Shown here: positions 33,390 through 48,375 of the stretch, in pieces | Position numbering within the stretch: the stretch's first letter is position 1 | Layout: every line of letters begins with the position of its first letter | Assembly (NCBI GenBank): GCA_964016885.1 | Contig: OZ024741.1 | Coordinates: 150,102,001 to 150,166,000, forward strand | DNA from: Eledone cirrhosa | Taxonomy: Eukaryota | Length of the DNA stretch: 64,000 bases | Reading direction: 5' to 3' | Program-made: the position numbers and the translations under genes | Notes under the pieces: generated by a model | What the model saw: only the letters and a program-made list of their open reading frames with translations | Database searches by the model: none | What the model was told of the DNA's origin: nothing

Positions 33390-36300
33390 ATGGCTGGTCG
33401 TTCTGCTGCGAAAACACCTGGGCCTCGCAACACGGAATGTACACCTGGACCCGGAGGGTCTACTGGTGGTTCTAGACGTAGGCAGTAGTGAAGATGGAGC
33501 CTTCAGGCTGGTGGCAGCGTATGCCCCATCTGGGACACCGCGACCGGACTTCTTCCAACGCCTAGAGACATTTCTGGGAACGTCTCGCTCCTTGCTTTTA
33601 GTGGGGGACTGGAATGGTATCCTGGATGCACGTTGGGACTATGTAGGGGCATGTCCCGATAGAGGGGGGTGTAACAGCCTCAAACGGTTAATCGGCTGAT
33701 TTGATCTGGCCGATAGATATCGACTAGATTTTCCGACTGTGCCACTGTGGACGTGGACTAATCGTAGCGGAACATCTAGGTCGTACCTAGATAGTTTCCT
33801 AGTTAGAAATAAGGATAGGGACATATTAAGCTGTCCACGAATGTTCATGGTTAAATTGGTGACCGGAGTGGTCAACCTTGATAGAACCCATAGACAAGGA
33901 CCCGGTTACTGGAAGCTAAACTTGTCCTTACCGACAAACAAAGCTTACAGTAAGCGGATTAGCACTCTAGTTAAGCAGCAGTTGACGGGGGAAATTGTCA
34001 ACTGCAGGTGGTGGAGCTCTCTCAAGAGAGAAATTAGAATAGAATCGATAGGTTTTAGTCAGGAATTATCATCAGATAGGAATAGAACTGAAAGAGAATT
34101 GATAGATAGAGTAGAAGAGGCGATGAGGAGTGGCAACGTGGCCGGCGTGCTGGCGTCAAGAACGGCCCTAGACCAGTTCTTTGACGCGAAGCACGAGGAC
34201 TGCGTTGTCAGGAGTAAAATACCTGCTCTGAGTAACGAGGGCGCCAAAGCTGTTAGCTGGGTCCGAGTGACAGAGGCAAAAAGTGGAAACAAGTCTACGA
34301 TTCAGTCTTTGAAGGACCAGGATGGACGCGTGATCCTTGAACCTGAGCAGATGTGCGCAGCCTTTCAACGGCGGTTTGCACGACTGTTCGGGAGGGGCGG
34401 CGGGCCGGGTGAGGCCATGGATTTCGGTCCATACCTCGACGGTCTGCCGCGGCTCTCGGACGGGGAGGCGAAGTCCTGCGAAAGGCCGATTTCAGCCGCT
34501 GAAATAGGGGAAGCGCTGAGCCAATGCGGCAAACGAAAATCTACCGGTCTCAATGGTTTACCATACGAACTTTATGTAGCGGTGCCGGACTTGTTCTCCG
34601 ATTTCCTCGAGGCGGTCTACTGCAACTGGCAACAGAACGGGAGAATTCCCAGTTCTGTGATCAAGGGCGTAGTCACGCTGGTGAGGAAGGACGAGAACAA
34701 GGGGGATGACATAGATAACTTCAGGCCCATAACTCTGCTACACACAGAGTTAAAGATTTTGGTCAAGGTGTTAGCGAAGAGGTTGGCGCTTGTCGTCTGG
34801 AACCTGGTGGGAGAAGCGCAGACATGCGCAATCCCATCCAGGTCCATACACGACAACCTCCACCTCATGCGATACATCGTAGAGAGGGTAGGGAACAAAC
34901 CCGGCTTTGGTGGGGCCCTGATCAACTTGTATCAATCTAACGCGTACGATAGGGTCGACCATCGGTACCTGGATACGGTGCTCGCGGCGGCAGGCTTCGA
35001 ACCCGTTTTCAGGGGCTGGATTGCTGCAATGCACAGCAGCAACACCTGCTCGAGGTTCAAGGTGAACGGCTACCTCTCGGAGCCGTTCCAAATCACGCGA
35101 TCCATTCGACAGGGATGCCCTCTCTCCTCCCTCCTGTATGTGCTGGCTCTCGAGCCACTACTGCGGAAGCTGGAGCTGTTGCAGGGCATCCCCTTGGAAC
35201 CGGGATTGTGGAAGGCGGTGTCGGCCTACGCCGATGACGTGACAGTAATCGTGTCGTGCGCCTCGGAAATCGGGCCGATCGGTACCTTACTGGAGGAATA
35301 ATAAAGGTTTACAGGAGCCAAGCTGAACTGGGAAAAGTCCGTCTGTTTGCAACTCGGAAGGTGGAGAGGCAAACCGATGCCCTCCGACGGCGTCGTCGGA
35401 CGCTGGACGGAGGGACCGGTGAAGCTGCTTGGGGTCTGGTTCGGACCGGACCTACAGGTGGAGAAAAACTGGGACGAGTAAACGGGCAGGGCGTTTGCAC
35501 TCGCCCGGAAGTGAGCCGAGTGCAAACTATCACTGAAAGGTCGAGCGGAGGTGGCGAACACTTATATAGCGCCCGTCATCTACTACCGCTTGACAGTCGT
35601 GCCTTGCCCAGCGATAACGCTCGCCAAAATGGAGCGCGTGCTCTTCCGATTCCTTTGGAAGAAGCGGGCCCCTTTGGTGAGAAGATTCATCTCCTGTCAA
35701 CACCCTTCGAACGGAGGGCTGGGGATGCCGTGGCTGACGATGCGTATACACGCATTAAGGCTACGGCACCTCCAGGTATTCCTCACCGGTCAGCCAGTGT
35801 GGGTCCCTTTTGTGAGGCGAGCCTTTCCGAGACTCGTCTCACTCACCGAGCTGCAATCCTGGATCAAGCAAAGACCGAGAAAAGTGGGCGACTGGCACAT
35901 TGAATGTGCCCAGGAGCTCACGGCCCTCTGGCAAGCGGATCCGGCAATCAGTGGAGACTCAACCTCAACATTCTATAGAGGGTTGGTGCGCAGCAAGTGC
36001 GACGACGCTCTCGGAGAGGCTCTGGGCATGGAGGAAGACGAGCTAGCCAGTCTGTTCGGTAGGACGTTTGGCCCGGGACCGATGGACAACTTCCAAAAGT
36101 AAAGGATTGGCAGTGCTACCGAGGAGCTCTACCCGTTCGGGACAAGCTCTACAGACACGGGCGCCCGGGTAGGGACCCATCGAAGAAGATCTGTCCGAGA
36201 TGCATGCATGACGAGGAAACCGTCGGGCACGCATTCGTACACTGCCCGGGCGTTGATGACCTGTGGGGCTATGTAGAACGACTACTGTCGCGGGTGGGAC

Positions 36301-36607
36301 CAATCCGGTTGACCACCGAGTACATTGTCACGATCAATCCACCTCCCCCTTCAAAAACGAAGGAGAGGCGGTTTTCCTCTGTGTGATAGCTATGGCGAAA
36401 GATGTTGTGTGGTGGACGAGGTTGAAAGGGCTGAGGTCAGACACCTTTCTCTCCGGCCAACAACTGGTCCTGTTTTTCAAGTACCATTTTAGAAGAAGGA
36501 TCAGAAGGGAGAGAGAGGTGCTCTACCCCAGCAAGTTTTATGAAAGGTGGGTGAAAGTGGCGAGAATGGCCCGAGTGAATGGACCTTCTCTCTATATCAG
36601 CCTGTAG
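33390..36607 (+). pseudogene. LINE ORF2 copy 1 (endonuclease N-terminus deleted, several stops)
   Basis: GDWN, YLD, GPGYWKLN, NFRPITLL, IRQGCPLS, YADD, CPRC..ETVGHAF. Confidence 0.9.
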
Positions 36608-36846
36608 GTGGGAGAGGAGAAGAAAGAGGAGAGGAAGGGAGCACCCAGTCTTTGTGCTCCTGAGGAGGAGGGTTGCACATTTTTTCGGGGGCGTGTGCGA
36701 CCCACGTCAACGTCCCCTCCCTATTGAGGACTTCGATTGTTGAATTTGATTTGTTATATGTTTTTACACGTCCTTTGAAATGTATGTAACCCACCCTCTT
36801 GTATTTGTCCCAATCTTTGTTGCCCTGGTGGCAAATAAATAGAAAG

Positions 36847-36956
<110 letters not shown>

Positions 36957-37173
36957 GATGGACACACGCGTATAACTTGCTGAGTAAGTTCTGTTTAAAT
37001 TTCTATAGAAATTCTTGTCTGATAACTTTAATTTTTGTACCATTTTGTAGAGGGACTGCCAGGTCAAACTTTGATCTGGTCAGTCTCTCAAAATATTCTA
37101 CGCCTTTAGGCGAAATAGTTAAACAAAAAAACAAAAAAAGTTTTTTCTTGTTGAAAAGTCAATATTTTTTTAA

Positions 37174-38968
37174 ATGGCCGAAGCTTCTTCACCAAAATTC
37201 GAAGGAGGAAAGGGGAAGATGAACTTACAGCTTCCCCCTGCCACTGTCACAGTAGCAGAGGTCAAGAAGAAAGGTCAGCCAGAGGAAGAATTCTCTCCAC
37301 CTGTTAACCGACAACTTGACGTTGCCATGGCAACAACCCAAAGAACCAGCAGCAACAGCAACAACAACAACAATGCGACGGACGAAAACAACACCAATAA
37401 CAATAACAATAACAACAACAACAAGACCAATAACGGTGACAACAACAACAATGATAACAACAACACCACCAACGACAACAACAACACAAACAAACAAAAT
37501 TTCTCCTTCGCCGAGACGACAAGGAAAACCCTCGACTATCTGCCAGTAGATATAACAAAAGCGAAGGAGCTACTGGCGGATGCGAAAAAATATATAGTGT
37601 ACGGGGAAAATGGTTCATTCACAATCCATTCCCCCCCGGAACTAAAAAGCCAGAGACTCCTAAACACGGTCATGTTTAGGACAATCTCGAACAAAAGTAA
37701 AAAACCAGCTCAACCATCACAGAGCGAGATAGAGCTGGTTTTAAAAGACGTCATGAAGGACATCACCTTCATTCAGAAGGATAGACTCTACGGGAGTCTA
37801 TCCATTCTCATGAAGGACAGGGACACAGCAGTGAAACTGTCCATCAAACCAATCACATCCACCGCATACACCTTCTACCCTACGTACATGGGTAGAAGAA
37901 CACAAAAAATAAAAATCCACACCATCCTGCCGATTATGGACATATGGTGGGTTTTGACAGGTTTTCTGGACCTGGAGGATGACATGCTGGTGTCCATGGG
38001 AAAGGCATCGGGTGACGCGTTCAGTGGAACGAGCCTCGAACTTGTAGTTCAAATGAGGCCCGAAAGGATCGCCCAGATCCCTGAACGCGTCATACTGGAT
38101 GATCTAACCTTCATCAACATTACCGTTGAGGGTAGACGGCCCTCGTGTTACCTCTGCGGAACCAGAGGTCACCTGAGGGCTGTCTGTCCCCAACTTAATA
38201 AGAAAACCCCAATCCTGCCTACACCACCAACAACTGCACAACCAACACAATCACCACAACTACCACTACAAAAACAACCACCACAGCTCAAGCCAAAACA
38301 AAACAATGTCCAACCCATCCCCTCCACTCAAAAAACAAAAACAATTTCCAAAACACCCGTACCGCAAACACAACCCGAAAATATACCCCTCCCCTCCAAC
38401 GCGGAAGATGACCCTAGTTCGTCGTCAGACGAGGAGGAGCACTTCCACACAATCAAAAGAAAAAAAAGAAAACACACCTCAGACACACAAATGAAAAAAA
38501 CCCCTCCCCAAAACATAACACTGACACCAACACAAAAGAGCTCACAACAACAGCAAACAAAAAACACCACACAAAAACAAAAACATGCATACACATACAT
38601 AAATACAAGAAACAAAAAAACTGTTAAACATTGTGTACAACAACAATCTAATAAAAACACAAGGGCCTAACTTCACCCAGGCAGGGGATTTCCCCCACCT
38701 CAAAATGATTAAGGCCCCACAGGACACCTATAAAACTTTAAAAAACAATTTTAAAGAGGACGTGGGTCCCCCCTGCGTCGGGCCCATTAACCGCGTCCTC
38801 CTAAAAAACTATCCCACCCCCTCCCCAAACACCCACACAACTCCAAGCTCCCCAACCACACAACACACTGATGCCCCCACACTTCCACAAACCACCACCC
38901 CACCCAACAACCCATCCCCCACCCTAATGGAAATTGTGCAGCCCGATACCCGGGACGCAGAGAGGTAA
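37174..38968 (+). pseudogene. LINE ORF1 copy 2 with CCHC zinc knuckle (one frameshift near 38620)
   Basis: CYLCGTRGHLRAVC; Asn-rich N-terminus; Pro/Thr-rich linker. Confidence 0.88.
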
Positions 38969-38992
38969 GTGCCTTTTCTCTTCACCACCAAC

Positions 38993-41900
38993 ATGGCTAT
39001 GCTAAGAGTAGGCTGTTTAAATGCGCGTGGCCTGGGCTCAACTTGGAAGCAAGCAATGCTTCTAAATGACCTCAGGTCACAACGTATAGATGTGATGGTT
39101 ATTTGCGAGGCCCGGATCAGCAACGTGCGACAGCTGGCCCCCACCTTTGATGACTTTGAGATGCACGCATCTCTCTGTCAGCCCGGTGGTGGGGGTGGAG
39201 TTGTCGTTCTGCTGCAAAAACATCTGGGTCTCGCAACACAGATGGTACATTTGGACCCGGAGGGTCGACTAGTGGTTCTGGACCTTGGCAGTGGTAAAGG
39301 CGGAGCGTTTAGGTTGGTAGCCGCCTACGGCCCTTTCGGGTCAATGCGGCCGGACTTCTTCCATCATCTGGAGACTTTTCTAGGGACGTCCCGCTCCTTG
39401 CTATTAGTGGGGGGCTGGAATGGTATCCTAGATGCACGCTGGGACTACGTAGGGGCCTGCCCCGATAGAGAGGGGTGTAATAGCCTCAAAGGGTTAATCG
39501 GTCGATTTGACCTGGCCGATAGATATCGACTAGATTTTCCGACTGCGCCAACCTGGACTTGGGCAAATCGTAGCGGATCATCTAGGTCGTACCTAGATAG
39601 GTTCTTAGTTAGAATTAAGGATAAGGACTTTTTAAGTTGTCCAAAAATGCGCATGGTTGGCTATTCAGACCACAAATTAGTGACCTGCATGCTCAACCTT
39701 GACAGAACTCATAGACAGGGCCCCGGTTACTGGAAGCTCAACTTGTCCTTGCCGGCAGGAATCGGATTAGTACGTTAGTTAAGGAACGGTTGACTGGAGC
39801 GATCGTCAACAGCAGGTGGTGGGTATCTCTAAAGAGAGAGATTAGAGTAGTCTCGATAGAATTTAGTAAGGTTCTAGCTGCGGATAGGAATAGCAAGGAA
39901 AGGGAGCTAATAGATAGAGTAGAAGAGGCAATTAGAAGCGGCGACGTGGCCAGAGTGCTAGCGTCGAGAACGGCTTTGAGCCAGTTTTTCGACGCGAAGC
40001 ACAAAGGCTGCGTTGTCCGAAGTAAAATACGTGCTCTAGGGAACGAGGGGACCAAAGCTGTTAGCTGGGCCCGCGTGACAGAGGCCAACAGTGGAACTAA
40101 ATCCACCATCCGGTCTTTGCGAGACCTGGATGGACGGGAGATTCTTGAGCCTAAGCAGATGTGTGAGGCCTTTCAAAGGCACTTTGCCCGACTGTTCGGG
40201 AGGGGCGGGGAGCCGGTTGGGAACGTGGACTTCGGTCCATACCTCGACGGCCTGCCGCGCCTCTCGGACAGGGAGGCGAAGTCCTGCGAGGAGCCGATTT
40301 CGGCCGCTGAGATAGAGGACGTGCTGAGCTAATGCGGCAAACGCAAATCCTCGGGTCTCGATGGTCTTCCTTACGAATTATATCTAGCTATGCCGGACTT
40401 GTTCCCCGATCTCCTCGAGGCGGTCTACTGCAACTGGCAACAGAACGGGAGAATTCCCTGTACTGTGACCAAGGGCGTAGTCACGCTAGTGAGGAAGGAC
40501 GAGAACAAGGGGGACGAAATAAGTAACTTCAGGCCCATAACACTGCTAAATACAGAGTTACAGATTTTGGCCAAGGTGCTAGCAAAGAGGTTGGCGCTTG
40601 TCGTGGGCAACCTGGTGGGAGATGCGCAGACATGCGCTATCCCGTCCAGGTCCATCCATGACAACCTCCACCTCATGCGATACATCATAGAGAGGGTTGG
40701 GAACGAACCCGGCTTTGGTGGGGCTCTGATCAACTTGGATCAATCTAAGGCGTTCGATAGGGTCGACCATGGTTACCTGGATGCGGTGCTAGCGGCGGCA
40801 GGCTTCGGACCCGTTTTCAGGGGCTGGATCACTGCTATGCACAGCAGCCGCATCTGCTCTAGGGTCAAGGTGAACGGCTACCTCTCGGAGCCGTTCAAAA
40901 TCGCGCGGTCCATCCGACAAGGGTGCCCTCTCTCCTCCCTTCTGTATGTGTTGACTCTCGAGCCACTACTGCGGAAGTTGGAGTTGTTGCAGGGCATCCC
41001 TTTGGAACCGGGATTGCGGAAAGCGGTGTCGGCCTACGCCGATGACGTGACAGTAATGGTGTCGACGGCCTCCGAAATCGAGGCGGTCGGCACCTTACTG
41101 GAGGAGTACGAAAAGTTCAGCTAAGCTGAACCGGGACAAGTCGATCGGTTTGCAACTCGGCACGCGGAGGGGCAGACCGATGCCCTCCGATGGCGTCGTC
41201 GGACGCTGGACGGAGGGCCCGGTAAAGTTGCTCGGGGTCTGGTTCGGACCGGACCTCCAGGTGGAGAAAAACTGGGCGGAGGTTACGAACAGGGTGTTTG
41301 CACTGACCCAGAAGTGGGCCAGTTGCAAACTATCCCTGAAAGGTCGGGCGGAGGTGGCGAACACCTACATAGCGTCCGTCATCTACTACCGCCTGACCGT
41401 AGTGCCCTGCCCAAGGGAAACCCTCACCAAGATGGAGCGCGCGCTCTTCCAATTCCTTTGGAAGAGGCGGGCTCCTATGGTGAGGAGATCCATCTGCTGT
41501 CAACACCCTTCGAAAGGAGGGCTGGGGATGCCATGGCTAATGATGCGTAAACACGCATTAAGGCTACGGCACCTCTACGTATTCCTCACCGGACAACCGG
41601 TGTGGGCCTCGTTTGTGAGACGAACCTTTCCCAGACTCGTCTCACTCACCGAGCTGCAATCCTGGGTCAAGCAAAGACCGAGAAAACTGGGCGCCTGGCA
41701 CACCGAGTGTACCCAGGCGCTCACCGCCCTCTGGCAGGCGGATCCGGTTATCAGTGGAGACTCCACCGCAACATTCTATAGAGGGCTGGTACGCAGCAGG
41801 TGCGACGACGCCCTCGGAGAAGCCTTAGACATGGAGGAGGACGAACTGGCCAGCCTGTTCGGTAGGACATTCAGCCCGGGACCTATGGACAACTTCCAGA

Positions 41901-42412
41901 AGTCCCTGGCCTGGCAGTGCTACCGAGGGGCTTTACCCGTTCGAGAAAGGCTCTACAGACACGGGCGCCCGGGTAGGGATCCCGCCAAAAAGATCTGTCC
42001 CAGATGCGTGTGCGACGAGGAAACCGTTGCACACGCAATGGTACACTGCTCGGGCGTAGCCGATCTGTGGGGCTATGTCGAACAACTGCTGTCAAGGGTG
42101 GGACCGATCCGGTTGACCACCGAGTCTATTGTAATGATCAAGCCGCCTCCTCCCTTCAAAGATGAAGCAGAGGCGGTGTTTCTGTGCGTAATAGCCATGG
42201 CGAAAGAGGTTGTATGGTGGACGCGTCTGAAAGGACTGAGGTCAGGCACCTTTCTCTCTGGCCAACAACTGGTCTGTTTCTTCCGATATCATTTCGGAAG
42301 AAGGATCAGGATGGAGAGAGAGGTGCTGCACCCCAGCCGTTTCTATGAAAGATGGGTGAAAGTGGCGAGAATGGCCCGTGTGAATGGGCCTTCACTCTAC
42401 ATCAGACTATAG
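38993..42412 (+). pseudogene. LINE ORF2 copy 2 (APE endonuclease, RT, C-terminal zinc motif), disrupted
   Basis: CLNARGL, ICE, YLDRFLV, SDHK, LDQSKAFDRV, RQGCPLS, YADD, CPRC..ETVAHAMVHC; stop at 40330 and small deletions. Confidence 0.92.
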
Positions 42413-42676
42413 GTGAGGAAGATGAAAAACCAAGGGAGCACCCCTTCTCTGTGCTCCTGAGGAGAAGGGTTGCACACTTTTTTCGGGGGTGTGTGCGACC
42501 CCCCAAGGCGCCTCCTCTCTATTGAGGATTTTGTTAAAAATTTTATTTTTTGTTATATCTTATTTTATTTTTATATTTTGTTATTGCCTCCTCCTTATTG
42601 AGGACGCCTTTTTGTGTAAACTCCCCCCTTTGTACTTGTCCCACTTTTGATGCCCTAGTGGCAAATAAAAGAAACA

Positions 42677-42771
<95 letters not shown>

Positions 42772-43004
42772 TTGAAGCTAGCTGTCGTCTGTTCTACAGT
42801 GTGGATGTCATTCACTTCGCACAGAAGTTTTGTTCAAATTTATTGAGGAAATTTTGTGAGTTCAAACTTAATTTTGATACAATTGTGTAGCTTGACCCTC
42901 CGTCTGAACTGTCAGGCGGTGGGTCAGCTCATCTTTACCCCTCCTAGAGGTGAAAAACCTGTTTTAAAAAATTTTGTGTAAAAAATTTCAATCGTCTAAC
43001 AGAA

Positions 43005-44905
43005 ATGTTAAACGCAGCGAACGAAAATAGTGGTGGGGGACAGCGGTAAGAGTTGTAAGCTCGCACGCTTTAGTCCTCCCTTCCTTCCCAACTAACGTCA
43101 TAGAGAAGGAAGGAAAAATTAAAATAAAAACAGACGAATCTGCGGAGAAAAAATTAAATGACGAAAACACAAATCTGGACTTGGATTCCAACAACGGAAA
43201 AAAAAAATTTGAAAAATTGCATGACAATACTAATAACACAAACAAAGACACAACAAACACAAAAATAACAGTTGAAAATAACACCATATCAGAAAACAAA
43301 GCAGACGACAAGATTTCATTTGCACAGAAAACAAAGAAATCTTTGACTTATATAGCGGAAAACATTTCAGATGTGGTACGAAGGATCACGGACGCCAAAC
43401 AATACATAAGTGAAGGAGAGAATGGTATTTTATCGGTAAAAATGCCTCAAGAATTCACGAAAGACATTGAAAGCCGAACGGTCAAGTTTCGGACAATCAA
43501 CAACAGTACAAAAAAACCTGAACAACCTTCTCAAGCAGATATCAAAACAGTACTCACAGAAGTACTTAATGAAACCACTTTCATAAGAAAAGACAGACTG
43601 TATGGAAGCCTAGCAATTATCATGAAGAACGAATCGGCGGCAAAAAAATGTGCTTTGTCACCGATTCGTTCGAAAAATTTCACCTTTTATCCATCTTATA
43701 TGGGGAAAAGAACTCAACGCATATGGCTGGATGCAATGATGCCAGATGTGGACTACTGCTGGCTCATAGCTGGCTTCATCGATCCAGTGAATGACAACGT
43801 GATTTCCATTGGGAAAACCACAGGCAATGCGTTCAGTGGAACAGGTATAGAGCTGGTAGTACAAATGAAGCCTGAACGCATCGCCCAAATACCCGACAGA
43901 ATCCTATTAGAGGACCACGGGTATATAAACATTAGCGTGGAGGGGAGAAGGCCGTCCTGCCATATCTGTGCAGGCAGAGGGCACCTGAAGGCCGCTTGTC
44001 CCCAACTCAACAAAAAGAAAACCCTGCTACCAACACCAGCTCCACCACCACCACCACAACAGATAAACAAACAACAAAACTCAGTCCCACCCAACCCGTC
44101 CCTCAGTAAAACCACAACACCACCACAACACAAACAGTCACAACACATTACCCCAAAACAAAATACAGGCCCACCCAACCTCTCACTCAATAAAACAACA
44201 CAACCACCGCAGACACAACACACAACACAGTCTAACATAGTGACATCCATCTCCCCCACAAAGAAAACCAACACGGAAACATTACCAGCAAACATACCTC
44301 TTCCCTCCAACACTGAAGATAACCCAACGAATTCGGAGGAAGAAACGGAGTCCTTCAGACAGATTAAGAGGAAAAAAAGAAAACATGTGCAAAACACACA
44401 AGGACAAACAACCCCCACCCAAATCTCAACACAATCCAAAAAAACAGAAAACACCCCTCCAGTAACAAACAAAACCAAACCTGCCCCTCCCCTCTTCGAA
44501 ACACTCACACCATCGGAAAAAAAGACATTACACTATACTTACATCAACAGAAACAAAAATAAATTAAATGAGCTCATATACAATAATCCTTCGGTACAAA
44601 CCGAAGGTGTAAACTTTGTTTCGTCAGAAAACTACCCACATTTAAAACTAATAAAGATCCCAATGAACCTCTACCAAAAACTAAAAAAGGATTTTAAGGA
44701 GGACGTAGGACCACCCTCTGTCAAACCCATAAACCGCGTCCTACTAAAAAGCTTTCCCCCTGCCCTTCCCCTCCCCAACACAACTCCAAAGACCCCAACC
44801 CCACCACACACTGACGACCCCACACCACCACAAGACACCCCTTCACCCAACACCCCCGACCCCATGGAAGTCGTGCAACCCGAACCCCGGGAAGCGGAAA
44901 GGTAG
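43005..44905 (+). CDS. LINE ORF1 copy 3, CCHC zinc-knuckle nucleic-acid-binding protein
   Basis: Open 43031-44905 with CHICAGRGHLKAAC; the candidate ATG at 43005 is out of frame across a G5 run. Confidence 0.85.
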
Positions 44906-44938
44906 GTCTCTACACTCTCCTTTGGCTCTGCCGCCCAC

Positions 44939-47900
44939 ATGGATGTGTTAAGAGTAGGATGTTTGAATGCACGTGGCCTGGGCTCAACTTGGAAGCAAGC
45001 AAAGCTTCTAAACGACCTCAGGTCATGTAGTATAAATGTAATGGTTATCTGTGAGACTCGAATCAGCGTCGTGCGGCAGCTGGCCCCCACCTTCGATGAC
45101 TTTGAGGTGCATGCATCTCTCTGTCAACCTGGAGGTGGGGGTGGGGTTGTCGTACTGCTGCAAAAACACCTGGGTCTTGCCGTACAGGTTGTGCACTCGG
45201 ACCCGGAGGGTCGTTTGTTGGTGCTAGACGTTGGCAGTAGTGAAAGTGCGGCCTTGAGACTGGTCGCCGTCTACTCCCCTTTCGGAGCTGAACGGCCCGA
45301 CTTCTTCCAGCGTTTGGAGACTTTTCTGGGAACGTCGCGTTCCCTGCTTCTAGCGGGGGATTGGAATGACATCCTGGATGCACGTTGGGACTATGCAGGA
45401 GCATGTCCTAATAGAGGGGGGTGTAACAGCCTCAAGGGGTTACTCGACCGTTTTAACTTGGTCCATAGATATCGACTAGATTTTCCAACTGTGCCTACCT
45501 GGACTTGGAGAAACCACAGTGGTCAATCTAGATCGTACTTAGATAGATTCTTAGTTAGAAGTAAGGATAGGGACATATTAAGCTGTCCAGAAATGCGCAC
45601 GGTTGGCTACACGGATCACAAATTAGTGACCTGCGTGGTCAATCTCGAGAAAACACATAGACAGGGTCCCGGTTACTGGAAACTTAATTTGTCTTTACCG
45701 GCAAAAGAGACTTACAGAAACCGGATTAGCAGATTAGTTAAGGAGAGGTTGACGGGTGCAATCGTCAACAACCGATGGTGGGCATCTCTCAAAAGAGAGA
45801 TTAGAACAGAATCAATAAGTTATAGCAAGATGTTAGCTGCCGATAGGAATAGAAACGAGAAAGAATTAACAGGTAAATTAGAAGAGGCAATCAAGAGCGA
45901 AGATGTGGCCAGAGTGCTGGAATCGAGGACGGCCTTGAACCAGTTTTTCGATGCAAAGCACGAAGGCTGCGTCATTCGAAGTAAAATATGTGCTCTAGGT
46001 AATGAGGGGGCCAAAGCCGTTGGATGGGCCCGCGTGACAGAAGCTAAGAGTGGAAATCGATCCACCATCCGGTCGTTGCAAGACGAAGATGGACGGGTGA
46101 TCCGGGAGCCTAAGCAGATGTGCGAGGCCTTTCAAAGGCACTTTGCCCGATTGTTCGGGGGAGGCGAGGGTCCGGGCGGGGGCGTGGATTTCGGTCCATA
46201 CCTCGACGGCCTGCCGCGTCTCTCGAACGAAGAGGCAGAGTCCTGCGAGGGACCAATCTCGGCTGATGAGATCGGAGATGCGCTGAGCCAATGCAGCAGA
46301 CGCAAATCTCCAGGTCTCGATGGTATACCTTACGAACTTTATTTAGCAATGCCGGTCTTCTTCTCCGAACTCCTCGAAGCGGTCTACTGCAATTGGCAGC
46401 AGAACGGGAGAATTCCTTGTTCTGTAGCCAAGGGCGTAGTCACGCTGGTGAGGAAGGACGAGAACAAGGGGGATAATATAAATAATTTTCGGCCCATAAC
46501 CCTGCTAAACACAGAGTTAAAGATTTTGGCCAAGGTATTAGCAAAGAGGTTGGCGCTTGTCGTGGGTGGCCTGGTGGGAGATGCGCAGACATGTGCTATC
46601 CCATCCAGGTCCATTCACGATAACCTCCACCTCATGCGATACATCATAGAGAGGGTTGGCAACAAACCCGGCTTCGGTGGGGCCCTGATCAACTTAGATC
46701 AGTCTAAGGCCTTCGATAGGGTCGACCATGGTTACCTGGATGCGGTGCTAGCGGCGGCTGAGTTCGGTCCTGTTTTCAGAGGCTGGATCACTGCCCTACA
46801 TAGCAACCACATCTGTTCTAGGATCAAGGTGAACGGCTACCTTTCGAAGCCGTTCGAAATCACACGATCCATTCGACAGGGGTGCCCTCTCTCCTCCCTT
46901 CTGTACGTATTGACTCTCGAGCCTTTACTGAGGAAGTTGGAGTTGTTGCAGGGTATCCCCCTGGAACCAGGATTGAGCAAAGCGGTGTCGGCCTACGCCG
47001 ATGACGTAACAGTAATGGTATCAACCGACTCGGAGATCGAGGCGATCGGTACCTTACTGGAGGAGTACGAAAGGTTGTCAGGAGCGAAACTGAACCGGGA
47101 AAAATCCATCGGGCTGCAACTCGGAACGTGGAGAGGCAGACCGATGCCTCCTGACGGTGTCGTCGGACACTGGACGGAGGGCCCGGTAAAGTTGCTTGGG
47201 GTCTGGTTTGGACCGGACCTCCAGGTGGAAAAGAACTGGAACGAGGTTACGAACAAGGTGTTTGCACTAACCCAGAAATGGGCCAAGTGTAAGCTGTCCC
47301 TAAAAGGCCGGGCGGAGGTGGCGAACATTTACATAGCGTCCGTCACTTACTACCGCCTGACTGTCGTGCCTTGCCCTAAGGAAACACTCACCACCATGGA
47401 ACGCATGCTCTTCCAATTTCTTTGGAAGAAGCGTCCTCCTATGGTGAGAAGATCCATCTGCTGCCAACAACCTTCGAAAGGAGGGCTGGGATGCCGTGGT
47501 TGATGATGCGTAGGCACGCATTAAGGCTACGGCACCTACAGGTATTCCTCACTGGTCAACCGGTGTGGGCTCCGTTCGTGAAACGAGCCTTTCCGAGACT
47601 CGTCTCGCTCACCGAGCTACAGTCCTGGGTCAAGCAAAGATCCGGAAAACTGGGAGACTGGCACACTGAGTGTGCTCAGGCGCTCAGGGCTCTCTGGCAA
47701 GCGGGCCAGGCCATCGGTGGAGAATCCACCTCATCATTCTATAGAGGGCTGGTGGCTAGCAGGGGCGATGACACCCTTGGAGAGTCGCTGGACATGGAAG
47801 AAGACGAACTGGCCAGCCTGTTCGGTAGGACTTTCGGCCCAGGACCAATGGACAACTTCCAGAAGTCACTGGCCTGGCAGTGCTACCGGGGGGCTCTACC

Positions 47901-48375
47901 CGTTCGAGAGAGGCTCTACAGACACGGGCGCCCGGGCAGGGATCCCTCAAAAAAGATTTGCCCTAGATGCGTGCGTCACGAAGAAACAGTTGCGCACGCA
48001 TTGGTGCAATGTCCGGGCGTGGCTGATTTGTGGGGCTACGCCGAACGACTGCTGTCGCGGGTGGCGCCGATTAAATTGACCGCCGAGTCCGTGATGACAA
48101 TCAAACCGCCTCCCCTCTTCACAAAGGAAGCAAAGGCGGTTTTTCTGTGCGTAATAGCCATGTTGAAAGAGGTTGTTTGGTGGACACGATTGAAAGGTCT
48201 GAGGTCAGGCAACTTCCTCTCTGGCCATAGTCTGGTCTACTTCTTCCGATATCACTTCGGAAGAAGGATAAGAATGGAGAGAGAGGTGCTTGGCCACAGG
48301 CAGTTTTATGAAAGGTGGGTGATAGTGGCGAGAATGGCTCGTGTAAATGGGCCTTCTCTGTATACCATCCTGTAG
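44939..48375 (+). CDS. LINE ORF2 copy 3, APE endonuclease-reverse transcriptase (single frameshift at ~47490)
   Basis: CLNARGL, ICETRI, GDWN, YLDRFLV, TDHK, KSPGLDG, NFRPITLLN, LDQSKAFDRV, RQGCPLS, YADD, CPRC..ETVAHALVQC. Confidence 0.93.

Larger units (their letters stand above)
36957..42676 (+). mobile_element. Tx1/L1-type LINE copy 2 (full length, decayed)
   Basis: Same architecture as copy 1; followed by (ATCT)n at 42677-42771. Confidence 0.93.
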